51,482 nucleotides of DNA from Patescibacteria group bacterium (GCA_018819085.1 JAHJQT010000059.1:1-51482); one strand, 5' to 3'; shown: positions 1 through 9,760, counted from the first letter of the stretch. Program-made: numbers and translations. The notes: generated from the letters alone by a model not told the origin.

Positions 1-468
1 ATATAGTTCTGATCGTTCTTCTGTTTTTACTTCTTTAGTTTCTATTTTCATTACAATAGAGACTAAAGCCCTATTAGGAAAAGCGCTTTTTCTAACATAA
101 AAACTTCCAGTTAATGTAACATTATCAGAACTTAAGTCTTGCCATGCTCCGCCATTAATACTACGACGCAGTTTATTTGCAAGAAATTGATACTCAACAT
201 CTTCTCCTTTTGAATTAGTAACATCTAAAGAACTTAATCCTGTTCCATTAGCTGAATTAACAACACCCATTCTGATTTCTTTAATCATTGATTCTAAAGT
301 ATAACGACTTGCCTCTTGAACTGTTTGCAAAGAAAAAGCTTTTCTTTGCCCCTTCATAACTGAAAGAGCTGTACTTGTCATGCCTATAACTATAACACTA
401 AAAAGACTTAAAGCGACTAATAGCTCAATTAAAGTAAATCCCTTATTGTTATCTTTTTTTAAAAACAT
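1..468 (-). CDS. Minor pilin / pseudopilin with prepilin-type N-terminal cleavage-methylation motif (PilW/GspJ-like position); 3' end runs off the window
   Basis: Not in the ORF track because it has no stop inside the window. Reading the minus strand from ATG at 466-468, I find no in-frame stop down to base 1. The N-terminus [29 protein letters not shown] is a class III signal (G/FTLIE plus hydrophobic helix). The start overlaps the stop of 468..941 by 1 nt. Confidence 0.6.
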   Translation of the reverse strand, partial: MFLKKDNNKGFTLIELLVALSLFSVIVIGMTSTALSVMKGQRKAFSLQTVQEASRYTLESMIKEIRMGVVNSANGTGLSSLDVTNSKGEDVEYQFLANKLRRSINGGAWQDLSSDNVTLTGSFYVRKSAFPNRALVSIVMKIETKEVKTEERSELY

Positions 469-941
469 TATTTCCAATTCCAAAGCCGGTCTTCAGCTGT
501 TAAATAAGACCATTGGCCTCTTAATTTCCATTTAATTTCAACTGATAATTTTAACTCGTTAGCTGAAAGTTTAGTAAAAGTAACCTTACGTGAAAAAGCA
601 GAGTCATCTCCAGAATCATATTGATAATAACCATTACTATTAATTTTCAAAGGAGTGTCAGAAAAAGAAATAAGACTAGTATTGTTATATTGGACACGAT
701 AATTACCATTTGAAATTGAACTATACCAATCATCCCACTCTACGTTAGCTCTTCGCAAATCTCTTACAACCTCTATTCCTTCCTGAGCTAAACCAGAAGC
801 AATCAATCTCATTTTGCTCGTATTAGAGCTATTTAAAGACATACTAGTTAAACTTATAACACTAGTTAATCCAACAGCAACGATAAATAGAGTTGCTATT
901 ACACCTATTAAACTAAATCCATTTTGTTTACATCTTAACAT
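468..941 (-). CDS. Minor pilin (PilV-like) with degenerate prepilin motif
   Basis: The N-terminus MLRCKQNGFSLIGVIATLFIVAVGLTSVISL has a G/FSLIG cleavage-type motif followed by a hydrophobic helix. It sits in a run of three pseudopilin genes. Confidence 0.55.
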   Translation of the reverse strand: MLRCKQNGFSLIGVIATLFIVAVGLTSVISLTSMSLNSSNTSKMRLIASGLAQEGIEVVRDLRRANVEWDDWYSSISNGNYRVQYNNTSLISFSDTPLKINSNGYYQYDSGDDSAFSRKVTFTKLSANELKLSVEIKWKLRGQWSYLTAEDRLWNWK

Positions 942-958
942 GAATATTATTTATAAAT

Positions 959-1507
959 CTAATTATTTTCTATCAAACCAGCTGTGTTAACATTAATTGT
1001 CTTAGTTAAAGCAGTTCCTTGAATCTGAATAACAATTTCTGCTGAAGCACTAGCTCCACTATCTCCATTAACATAAGTAGTTGGATCTGGCGCCTCAAAA
1101 AAAACATGAGCTTTAGGTGAGGGAGAAACAGATTGAATAATTATATTAGAAGGTAAATTAACCGTTTCAAATCCTTCTCCTCCATTATAAGTTTGATTAC
1201 CATTCCTATCAGCAAAAATAATATAAGAAGAAGGCAAAGTAAGATCAAACTTAATTCCATAACCAAAACAAGCATCAACAGTTGAACAATATCCTTCAAT
1301 TTCTGTTCCATTTATGGCCATATTTTGCACTTTTCTTAAATCAGAAATTATTTTTTGATTTGCTTGAAGAAGTATATATTTTTTATTACTATTCTTATAA
1401 CTAGCTAAAATTGAAACAGCTAATAAAGACATAATAAAGATAACTATTAATGCTTCTATTAGAGTAAAGCCTTTATTATTTTTTTTAGAACAAAAAAATT
1501 TTAACAT
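959..1507 (-). CDS. Minor pilin (GspH/FimT-like) with prepilin-type N-terminal motif
   Basis: The N-terminus contains KKNNKGFTLIEALIVIFIMSLLAVSIL, the canonical G/FTLIE motif plus helix. Confidence 0.65.
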   Translation of the reverse strand: MLKFFCSKKNNKGFTLIEALIVIFIMSLLAVSILASYKNSNKKYILLQANQKIISDLRKVQNMAINGTEIEGYCSTVDACFGYGIKFDLTLPSSYIIFADRNGNQTYNGGEGFETVNLPSNIIIQSVSPSPKAHVFFEAPDPTTYVNGDSGASASAEIVIQIQGTALTKTINVNTAGLIENN

Positions 1508-1517
1508 TATTTAATAA

Positions 1518-4181
1518 TTAAAAAGGCAAAACTTCTTTCCATCCAGGAAGCTTAATATTTACATCAATATTTTTAGTTTTAGAACATGAATAACCACTAG
1601 AATCAGTTACTTGTAATATTATTGCTTTTGTTCCTTGTAAAAGGAATTTAATAAGAGGATTCTGCATCTTAGAACTTAAAGGATTCCCATCTTGGAATAT
1701 CCATGACCAAGAAGATTTAGATGCTCCTCCATAAACAACCGACTGATCAGTAAACTGCACATCTTCGTTTTCGCTAGGTTGATTAGGCGCCCAATTGAAA
1801 TCTACTGTTGGATATTTGTTCTTAGGTGTTGTAAAAAATGAACCATTTACCCAATTAGAACTAGCTGCTTGATTATCATAAACCATAACACGCCAATAAT
1901 ATGTTGTATTATATGCAAGTTGATCTGAACTTGGAGTATCAGGAGAAGTTGAAATAAGCACAGTTTGATTATTAGTTGTTGGACTCGGATTTGAAAGACT
2001 TGTAATATCTCTATTCACTGTAGGAGAACTGAAATTACTATTATTATCTATATGAAATCTAAATCTACTTTGATTGTTATCATCAGGATCAGAATATATC
2101 CATGAGAAATAATAAGACGCATTTGAACAACAATCCCCTTCTGTAGCCAATAAAGAAGACGCTATTGGAGGATTATTAATTGGAACTGGAGATGTAACGG
2201 TATATTGCATAGTATAACTACTAATTGAACCTGTACTATCATGTCCTTTAAAAGCAGAACCATAAAAAGTAAGAGTATGCGTTCCATGAGTGGTTGGCGC
2301 AGTTATATATTTTGTACTATAAATTACTGGTGTCATACTTTGTTCTATAATCTTTGTCCAGTTTCCATTATTATTTACAACCAAATAAGCATTCCAATAA
2401 TTATTAGTACACCAAGAAGCGTTTGCTTTTGCAGTAATTATAATAGTTTCTCCTGGCGAATAAGCACTTTTATTTAAAGATACGGCGTATATAGCATCAG
2501 TAGCATATGCAAATGGATAACCAGGACTAACGTAAAGAGTTTTATTTACACATTGCAATCTTGTTCCTTGATTAATTAAGTTTTGAATTCCTGCACATAA
2601 AATATTCCATGGACCAAGTGGCCATTTTCTATCAAGATAACAAGAGCCTGAATATCCTGGTGATGATAACGACCAACTCGGACATGAATTTAATTCCCAT
2701 TCATAAGCATAAGGATTAGAAGTGCTTATTCCAGGCACTACAAAAGTTCCTGCATTTGCTTCTTCACAAATAAAAAAATTAAAAACAAGCCCAGTACAAA
2801 TAAAAAATAGGAATATAAATATTGATAGATTTGCACTTTTCCCTTTCTTTCTTATTAAGAAAAATATAACAAATAAGAAAATAAATAGAACTAAACCTGC
2901 AATATATTTAATATATTTATTGCTCTGTTCTTCTATTAATTCTTCTTTTACAGATTCTGTTAATATTTGATATTCTTTTTGAGCTAATATATCACCAGAA
3001 GAATTTTCTGCTATAGCAATAATTTTTGGATCGTAACAATCTTTATTAATATTTATTGAAAAAGTTTGAAGTTCTTCAGTTTGTTTATTTATTGATTTCT
3101 CATATTTAGTATTGTCATCTGTGCATAGATTTCCATCGCTATTATAAATAGCAAGCTTTAAATTAAATTCATTTATAGATTCAATATTCGCTCTTGAATC
3201 ATAAAAAATATCAGCAGAAGGAGTTACATAAACAGAAACTTCTGCTATATCTCCTGCTAAATAATAATCTTTATCTAATGATAGGTTTTGAATAGTTGCA
3301 CTTTCTCCTTGTATTACATAATGAAAAACAACAGAATTAGAAATATTATTATTATCTTCCTTTAAAGTTAATTCTGCATCATAAGCTTGTGAAATATCTA
3401 TTTTAGGAATATTAAATGTAAAAATCTTTATTTCATTTGCTTCAATAATGAAATTATTCTGAATAGATTCGTTTTCTTTAATTAATTCTCCAAAAGTAGA
3501 ACGATTATAAGTATTAAAATAAGGAGTAAAATTTATTTCTTTATCATAATTATTAATTAACTCGCAGACTGCTTGAAGATTCTCATCTAGAGAAATATCA
3601 ACACCTTGGCTAATACTATATTTTTCTTCATTACTTTCTCCCTTAATAATTAAATAACAAGATTCTGGAATTATTTTAATAAATTGATTATTTCCTTCCA
3701 AAACGATCTTTCCTAGATTTCCCATTGCTAAAAGCATTCCATTATCATTCTTGACAATAATCCAAACTTCAAATTCTCCATTTAAATAAGAAGGTGCTAC
3801 ATATTCAATTTCTTTATTAATGGTTTCATTATTCCTAATCGTAATAGTTTCTTCATATATTTTTTCATTTAAAATTACTTGCATTTCTGAAGCCTCTTGA
3901 GTTTGATTAAATATATCAATTACAGCTGATGAATTATCTGATTCTTCTATATCTACATAATCTATTAATTGAATGCCATATTTGATCCCTTGTTGAATTT
4001 TTCCACCATTAAATAAATCAAAAGAAAGATTTATCTTATTTCCTTCTTGAGAAATTACTTTAGCATCATATAACTCAATAGAAGCTATCTCAATAGCATC
4101 TTCTATTTCTTGCGCGTTAGAAACATTAATCGCAAGAAATAAAAATAAAACAACGAAACTAAATAATTTTATTTTTTTCAT
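1518..4181 (-). CDS. Large secreted/membrane surface protein with a C-terminal FN3-like module and PKD-like domain
   Basis: The ORF track gives 1518..4217. I prefer the internal ATG at 4179-4181 (MKKIKLFSFVVLFLFLAINVSNAQE, a clear signal peptide), which removes the overlap with the upstream gene. The C-terminal third shares modules with 4193..5287 (YYWRV FN3-like module, PKD-like VQFTDQS...LQVTDSSGY). It ends in LPGWKEVLPF. Confidence 0.6.
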   Translation of the reverse strand: MKKIKLFSFVVLFLFLAINVSNAQEIEDAIEIASIELYDAKVISQEGNKINLSFDLFNGGKIQQGIKYGIQLIDYVDIEESDNSSAVIDIFNQTQEASEMQVILNEKIYEETITIRNNETINKEIEYVAPSYLNGEFEVWIIVKNDNGMLLAMGNLGKIVLEGNNQFIKIIPESCYLIIKGESNEEKYSISQGVDISLDENLQAVCELINNYDKEINFTPYFNTYNRSTFGELIKENESIQNNFIIEANEIKIFTFNIPKIDISQAYDAELTLKEDNNNISNSVVFHYVIQGESATIQNLSLDKDYYLAGDIAEVSVYVTPSADIFYDSRANIESINEFNLKLAIYNSDGNLCTDDNTKYEKSINKQTEELQTFSININKDCYDPKIIAIAENSSGDILAQKEYQILTESVKEELIEEQSNKYIKYIAGLVLFIFLFVIFFLIRKKGKSANLSIFIFLFFICTGLVFNFFICEEANAGTFVVPGISTSNPYAYEWELNSCPSWSLSSPGYSGSCYLDRKWPLGPWNILCAGIQNLINQGTRLQCVNKTLYVSPGYPFAYATDAIYAVSLNKSAYSPGETIIITAKANASWCTNNYWNAYLVVNNNGNWTKIIEQSMTPVIYSTKYITAPTTHGTHTLTFYGSAFKGHDSTGSISSYTMQYTVTSPVPINNPPIASSLLATEGDCCSNASYYFSWIYSDPDDNNQSRFRFHIDNNSNFSSPTVNRDITSLSNPSPTTNNQTVLISTSPDTPSSDQLAYNTTYYWRVMVYDNQAASSNWVNGSFFTTPKNKYPTVDFNWAPNQPSENEDVQFTDQSVVYGGASKSSWSWIFQDGNPLSSKMQNPLIKFLLQGTKAIILQVTDSSGYSCSKTKNIDVNIKLPGWKEVLPF

Positions 4182-4192
4182 AATTTTAATAA

Positions 4193-5287
4193 TTAAAAAG
4201 GTAAAATCTCTTCCCAATCAGGAAGATCAATATTTATATCAACATTTTCAGTTCCAGGGCAAGTATAGCCACTAGAATCAGTTACTTGTAACGTAACTGC
4301 TTTAGAACCAGAAGAAGTAAATTGAATATTAGCAGGATTCTGTACACTTGAACTTGCAGGGTTTCCATCTTGAAATACCCATAACCATGAAGATTTAGAT
4401 GATCCTCCGTAAACAGTTGATTGATCAGTAAATTGAACATCTTCATCTGCACTAGGACCAGAAGGAGCCCAATCAAAATCTACTGTTGGATATCTATGTG
4501 TTTGTGTAGTAAAAGAAGAACCATTTACCCATCCAGAACTAGCTGCTTTACTATCCCAGACACTTACCCTCCAATAATATGTTGTATTATATGCAAGTTG
4601 ATCTGAACTTGGAGTATCAGGAGAAGTTGAAATAAGCACAGTTTGATTATTAGTCGTAGGACTTGGATTTGAAAGTCCAGCATAATCTCTATTTACCGTA
4701 GGAGAACTAAAATCACTATTATTATCTACTTGCAACATAAATCTACTCTCAGTATCGCTATCAGCATCAGAATAAACCCATGAAAAATAATGAGATGCAC
4801 TTGAACAATAATTCCCAGTTACAACAGATAAACTACTAGCTGTTGGAGAACTATTACATGCTCCAGCAGTGATAAAAAGAGTATCAGCACCTTGAGCATA
4901 ACTAGTCCAGCTACCGAAATTATCCATTATTCTCACCCTCCAGTAATATAATGAACTAAAAGATAATCCTGATTTATTAACTGTATAATTTTGAGTAGCT
5001 GAAACAACTTCTCCGCTATCTATTGTAGGAGAAGCATAATTACTATTATTATCAATTTGAACACGATATCTAACCTGGCTAGAGCTGCCAGAGTTAGTCC
5101 AATATAACGTAGGTGTTGGATAAACTCCAGAGTAACAAGCTGGTTGACTAACCCCATTTGTACAAACAGTTATATTAGTTCCTGGATTATAAGCTAAAAC
5201 AAAATAAACACATAAAAAAGATGCAGAAATAAATAAAAACAATAACAAGAATAAATTCTTTTTTAATAAATGTTTAATTTTACTCAT
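4193..5287 (-). CDS. Secreted FN3-like/PKD-domain surface protein, paralogous to the C-terminus of 1518..4181
   Basis: Signal-peptide-like N-terminus (LFLLLFLFISASFLCVYFVLA). Two modules end in YYWRV, followed by a PKD-like domain. The C-terminus is LPDWEEILPF. Confidence 0.65.
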   Translation of the reverse strand: MSKIKHLLKKNLFLLLFLFISASFLCVYFVLAYNPGTNITVCTNGVSQPACYSGVYPTPTLYWTNSGSSSQVRYRVQIDNNSNYASPTIDSGEVVSATQNYTVNKSGLSFSSLYYWRVRIMDNFGSWTSYAQGADTLFITAGACNSSPTASSLSVVTGNYCSSASHYFSWVYSDADSDTESRFMLQVDNNSDFSSPTVNRDYAGLSNPSPTTNNQTVLISTSPDTPSSDQLAYNTTYYWRVSVWDSKAASSGWVNGSSFTTQTHRYPTVDFDWAPSGPSADEDVQFTDQSTVYGGSSKSSWLWVFQDGNPASSSVQNPANIQFTSSGSKAVTLQVTDSSGYTCPGTENVDINIDLPDWEEILPF

Positions 5288-5345
5288 ATACTACTAATAT
5301 TATACAACTTTTAAGAATAATTTACTATTAAAATTATCCACAGCG

Positions 5346-6572
5346 TTAAAATAGATTCCATACCAAATGAAACATAGACCCTTTTAATATTATAGTGATA
5401 ATTACACCAACAAACATCCAAGGAACAAAAGGAAATGGCTTATATATTTTAATTATTTCCATTTCTTCTTTATCATTCTTAAGCCATTTTTTCACTGCTT
5501 CTACTTGTTCTGGTAATAATCCACCCGAATAAAATCTTCCTATGTGTTTATTATAAAATTCCTTATCTTTTTTCATTTTTTCCATAATATCTTCAACTAA
5601 ACTCATTCTTGGCTTAATATCTTCTATTTTTACTTCTTTAATATTAGTTTTAAGAACATGAAAATCAATTAATTTTCTAAATATACTTAAAACAATTATA
5701 AAAATAGTCATCATAATTAAGGTTCTACGAATTGTTTCTATAGTTGAATCATAAGAATTAATCAGCCCATAGCAAACAAGAATAGCAACTAAAATAATAA
5801 CAATTTTAAAAACAATTGGTTTTATAAGAAATTTTATAACCGAATTAGAAAAAATTATGACAACTGCAAAGATAAGAACTTGTATAGAAAAAACATCAAT
5901 AGAAGTATATTTTTGAATTGGAGTTTGAAATAATTTAATAATCAAAAAAAGACCAATAAAAGCAATCATCATTATAGCCATATTTTTAACATTTTCTAAT
6001 ATCTTCTTTTTCCTATCAGCTTTGCTTTCTTGCTTTTTTTCTAAAAGATTATCTTTAGATTTATTTTTTTTACGCAAATAGAGAAATTTCAAATAATATA
6101 AAATAGAAGCAATAAGTAAGTATATGAATATAGGAATAAAAATATTAATCATTAAAACAAATGAAGGGAAAAATAAAAAAAATGACTTCCAGTAAAATGT
6201 TGTTGGCAGAAGAATAGAATAAACAATAAAAAGCTTAGCATCTCCAGCTGCCCAAACATTAAATTTCCACATTAAATAACTAATTATTAAAGCAACGGTC
6301 ATATTAAGAATACATTTCAATAAATAGGAAAGTGAAACGGTAAAAACAACAACTTCATAATCAGCAGGATAATTTAATAGATTAAAATAATAAAAATTAG
6401 TAACTGGCGAAGCAATGAAATGCCATATTAAGAAAAAGAGAATAATCCCTATGCCCCAGCAAGCTCCAAAAATAATCCATTTATTTCTTACCTTGCCACA
6501 TTTAAAATCCTCATAAGTTGTAATTATACCTATAAAAAAAAGTATTGGCAGAGATAATATATTTAAAATCAT
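5346..6572 (-). CDS. Polytopic membrane protein with an N-terminal A24-family (prepilin/preflagellin peptidase-like) aspartyl protease domain and a long C-terminal extension
   Basis: Two A24-type Asp motifs can be read: ITTYEDFKCGKVRNKW (first Asp loop) and VWAAGDAKLFIVY (GxGD-like second Asp). There are many hydrophobic segments and a Lys-rich loop. The start codon overlaps the stop of the upstream radical SAM gene by 1 nt. Confidence 0.55.
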   Translation of the reverse strand: MILNILSLPILFFIGIITTYEDFKCGKVRNKWIIFGACWGIGIILFFLIWHFIASPVTNFYYFNLLNYPADYEVVVFTVSLSYLLKCILNMTVALIISYLMWKFNVWAAGDAKLFIVYSILLPTTFYWKSFFLFFPSFVLMINIFIPIFIYLLIASILYYLKFLYLRKKNKSKDNLLEKKQESKADRKKKILENVKNMAIMMIAFIGLFLIIKLFQTPIQKYTSIDVFSIQVLIFAVVIIFSNSVIKFLIKPIVFKIVIILVAILVCYGLINSYDSTIETIRRTLIMMTIFIIVLSIFRKLIDFHVLKTNIKEVKIEDIKPRMSLVEDIMEKMKKDKEFYNKHIGRFYSGGLLPEQVEAVKKWLKNDKEEMEIIKIYKPFPFVPWMFVGVIITIILKGSMFHLVWNLF

Positions 6573-7498
6573 TATTTTTTATTTATTGTTAAGATAGGAT
6601 GATAAATGTCTTTTGTTTCTTTAATTTTAAAATTATTTTTAATTGGCTTAAACTCCTTAATCCCCATATGTTCTGAATACTCTCTAGGAATGCCTAAACA
6701 ATATTTCTTATATCGACATTGATTACAAGAATTCTTAAATATTACTCCATCTTCAGGTAAAGTTCGCCAAACATAAGACCAAAATTTTTCTGAAATAGTA
6801 CATAAAGGAAAATGGTATAATCTAATTTCCTTAAAACACTTTAATAAATGATAAGTTTTTTCTAAATATGGAGAAACTTGATTATAGGTTATTCTTATTG
6901 CTTTTATATTCTTGACAGCCTGATGTTCAACCTCCCAGAAAATAAGCATTATCCTATCAGTCAAAAGAAATCTTTTTTTCATCATTTTCAGAAACTCTTC
7001 TAAATATTTATAAGAAAGCTTAGTAATCACAAATCTAACATTTATTAACTGCCCTTCTTTTTTATAATTGAGCAAATTTTCTAATCCTTTAATAGTTTGT
7101 TCAAAACTACCTGAAGCTCGAGTAACTGACTCATGAATTTTTTTATTTGGTCCGTAAATAGATAATTCAATGTCTAAATTATTTGTTACATTTAAAACTT
7201 CTTGAGCAAAATCATTGTATAAAAATTTTCTTCCATTAGTTAATAATTTTATTCTTTGTTTTTGGAAACGATCACTAATAAATTTAAGGAACTTTAAAAA
7301 ATCAGGATGCAAGGTTGGTTCTCCTCCGCTTAGATATATTGAATCGTAAGTTTTTATTTTCTCTTCTGATTTTTCTATTCTTTTAATTAAACTTTTATAA
7401 TTATAATCAAAACTACCGTCCCAGGCCGGCCAAGGTCTGTCTGGATTGGTGCACATTAAACACTTATTATTACATTTATCCCAAACACAAATATCCAT
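6572..7498 (-). CDS. Radical SAM protein (short family, C-terminal 4-Cys auxiliary motif)
   Basis: CNNKCLMC triad near the N-terminus. SGGEPTLHPDF SAM-binding-type motif. C-terminal FPLC...CNQCRYKKYCLG motif. Confidence 0.8.
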   Translation of the reverse strand: MDICVWDKCNNKCLMCTNPDRPWPAWDGSFDYNYKSLIKRIEKSEEKIKTYDSIYLSGGEPTLHPDFLKFLKFISDRFQKQRIKLLTNGRKFLYNDFAQEVLNVTNNLDIELSIYGPNKKIHESVTRASGSFEQTIKGLENLLNYKKEGQLINVRFVITKLSYKYLEEFLKMMKKRFLLTDRIMLIFWEVEHQAVKNIKAIRITYNQVSPYLEKTYHLLKCFKEIRLYHFPLCTISEKFWSYVWRTLPEDGVIFKNSCNQCRYKKYCLGIPREYSEHMGIKEFKPIKNNFKIKETKDIYHPILTINKK

Positions 7499-7500
7499 AA

Positions 7501-8424
7501 TTATTTTAACACAGGTTTAAGCTCCTTGTCTCCGTAATGCCGAAGATATTCTTTCCAAATCCCTTCACATAAATCAAATAATTTACATCCTTTACATCTT
7601 TCAGTTTTTTCCCTACCAATTGCTTTTCTTGAATTTTCAACATCAAAATTTTCAAAATCAGGCGCTAAATGTTCTGTTTTAAATGTTGCCACTTCCTGCA
7701 ATTCACTTATTTGATTAAGATAATTCTGAAAATAGCACAAAGGAACATATCTGATATGCCAATGAGGTATCTTATTTTTCCTACCTATATCTAAGCATTT
7801 TTTTACATAAGGAGATATTTCTGAAATTTTTGGAACTATTTCATTGAAATTATCATAAGCAGCTCCATAGCTTGGATCAACGAAAATAAATTCCGAGTTT
7901 CTTATTCCTTGATCAAAAATGAATTTGCCTATCTGAGGCAAATATTTATAATTATCCTTGACTATAGTCGTATTAGAACCAATTTTTTTAAATCCTAATT
8001 TTTTAAAATTATTTAATCCTTCTAACAATTGATCAAAACTACCTTTTGATTGAGTTAAATAATCATGAATTTTAGCATTATGCCCATGAATAGAAAAAAT
8101 AATATCAGTCAGTCCAGCATTAATAACTTTTTTAACATATTCTAAATATGAAAACATTCTGCCATTAGTGGCCATATTAATAGTTTCAAATCCTAATTCT
8201 TTTGCAAATTTTATTAATTCAACAATATCTTGTCTTATGGTCGTTTCTCCACCAATAAATTCTATATAAGTAGTGCCTCTTTTTTTTGCTTCAATCATTT
8301 CCTGTTTAATTTCTTCAGTAGTCTTATTGTGTAATTCTCTTTTACTTTCATCAATGCAAAATCTACAACGATTATTACACGCATAACCAATAATAATAAC
8401 TGTTTTTTTTATTATTTGATTCAT
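7501..8424 (-). CDS. Radical SAM protein (short family, C-terminal 4-Cys auxiliary motif)
   Basis: CNNRCRFC triad. GGETTIRQD, TNGRMFSY and HGHNAKIHD motifs. C-terminal VPLC...CKGCKLFDLCEG. Confidence 0.85.
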   Translation of the reverse strand: MNQIIKKTVIIIGYACNNRCRFCIDESKRELHNKTTEEIKQEMIEAKKRGTTYIEFIGGETTIRQDIVELIKFAKELGFETINMATNGRMFSYLEYVKKVINAGLTDIIFSIHGHNAKIHDYLTQSKGSFDQLLEGLNNFKKLGFKKIGSNTTIVKDNYKYLPQIGKFIFDQGIRNSEFIFVDPSYGAAYDNFNEIVPKISEISPYVKKCLDIGRKNKIPHWHIRYVPLCYFQNYLNQISELQEVATFKTEHLAPDFENFDVENSRKAIGREKTERCKGCKLFDLCEGIWKEYLRHYGDKELKPVLK

Positions 8425-9413
8425 TTATTCGGCTTTACTAATACTGGCACGTATTGATTGTCTTTTTTTATCTTAATAATTCTTTTTTTATCTTTATATA
8501 TTTCAAAATAGCTAGATGTCATTATTAACTTATTTCCTTTTTCAATATTTTTATAAATATTATTTAAATTATTTAAAAATTTAGAATCATTGCTTTGATA
8601 AAATTCTCCAGAACTAATTTCTGAAACAGCTTTATTATATTTAATTTCAGAATTTTTAAAATCTCCATAAAAATCTCCATATAGTAGTATTTTATCAGCG
8701 CAAGTCCAATAAAGAGTAGCTGGTTCTTTAAGAATTAGCTTATTTCGTCTTACTCTTCCAGAATCTACTTCGTTAAATATATCAAATATTTTATCTACAT
8801 ATGAAATGGATTTTTTACAATCCAAATTACAAGGATAGTATGAAAGCAATGGATAAGAAAAAACATTCAATTGCCAAGCAAAATTTTTAGATCTTTTTAA
8901 AGATTCTACTGCAGGATTAGCAAATCCGAAATTATTCGGATCACGTTTTTTATCTCCTTTACTATTTTTACAAAGATAATCACCAAAATCTAAACAACAT
9001 TTAGGATAGCCCATGACTTCACCAAATTTTCTACTATCTTTACTATCAAGTGTTTTTTTATAATACAATTCAACTCCTTCTAACGCTATATTGATATCTT
9101 TTGATACACCTACAGATAATTTCCCCTTTCTTTTATCATTCATATCTACCATTTCAAAAATACCTCTTGGGCTATTTACTATAAATTTATACTTAGAAAC
9201 AGCAAGCTTAAACCCGAGTTTTTTGCATAATTCATTAACTCTGTTTAATTTTTTTATATAAGAATGATCAAAATTATCAAAATTTAACAAATCAGCCAAA
9301 GCAGGCTTAATGTCATACAATACAGCCATTAATTCAATACAAGACAATTCGATAAGTTCTGACATTTCTTGAATCATCTGATAACTCTTTTTAGCTTTTT
9401 CTTTATTAATCAT
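8421..9413 (-). CDS. Hypothetical protein with GYP-x-CC and C-x3-C motifs (function unknown)
   Basis: Long ORF with a 4-nt overlap onto the downstream rSAM gene. It contains GYPKCCLDFGDY and YYPCNLDCKKSIS. A frameshifted paralogue lies at 11863..12555. I do not recognise the family. Confidence 0.5.
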   Translation of the reverse strand: MINKEKAKKSYQMIQEMSELIELSCIELMAVLYDIKPALADLLNFDNFDHSYIKKLNRVNELCKKLGFKLAVSKYKFIVNSPRGIFEMVDMNDKRKGKLSVGVSKDINIALEGVELYYKKTLDSKDSRKFGEVMGYPKCCLDFGDYLCKNSKGDKKRDPNNFGFANPAVESLKRSKNFAWQLNVFSYPLLSYYPCNLDCKKSISYVDKIFDIFNEVDSGRVRRNKLILKEPATLYWTCADKILLYGDFYGDFKNSEIKYNKAVSEISSGEFYQSNDSKFLNNLNNIYKNIEKGNKLIMTSSYFEIYKDKKRIIKIKKDNQYVPVLVKPNK

Positions 9414-9424
9414 TCTTTAAAAAA

Positions 9425-9760
9425 TTATGAATTAACTACAATCTTTCTCACTATATAAACAATATTTTTCTCTTTCTCTTTACCAACAACCAAAGATACA
9501 CAATCTTCATCTTTAACATCATTACGTTTAATCTCTTTTTGAGAAATTATCTTACCAGATTTAGATAAATTCATCTCTATAAAAGATGTTTCAGGAACAA
9601 AGAAAATCTTAATTTGCTTTTTTTCTAACTTAGGCATCAAATTAATAAAATCTTTTTCTTTTTTGACTATTATTCCATCTAATATTTTATCTAATATTAT
9701 TTTTTTATCAGCATTTTCCTGCTTATTTTTATTTTCTTTTTTCCCAGTATTTTTTTTCAT
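9425..9760 (-). CDS. Small Lys-rich hypothetical protein
   Basis: 111-aa ORF in operon context between an rSAM gene and the GYP-x-CC gene. No recognisable motif. Confidence 0.4.
   Translation of the reverse strand: MKKNTGKKENKNKQENADKKIILDKILDGIIVKKEKDFINLMPKLEKKQIKIFFVPETSFIEMNLSKSGKIISQKEIKRNDVKDEDCVSLVVGKEKEKNIVYIVRKIVVNS

Noticed and set aside
2241-2970. Plus-strand ORFs 2241..2477 and 2722..2970, and the similar antisense ORFs at 4282..4476, 4421..4606, 10835..11023, 14111..14326, 19203..19601, 19821..20024, 20725..20967, 21620..21901, 35478..35783, 36437..36688, 37370..37570, 38226..38435, 40220..40468, 42758..42979, 42972..43208, 43966..44205, 47361..47603 and 47384..47578
   Set aside because: All are short, low-complexity (K/I/F/L/S-rich) translations nested inside longer motif-bearing genes (opposite strand, or alternate frame for 4282..4476 and 47384..47578). 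This is the expected by-product of very AT-rich DNA.
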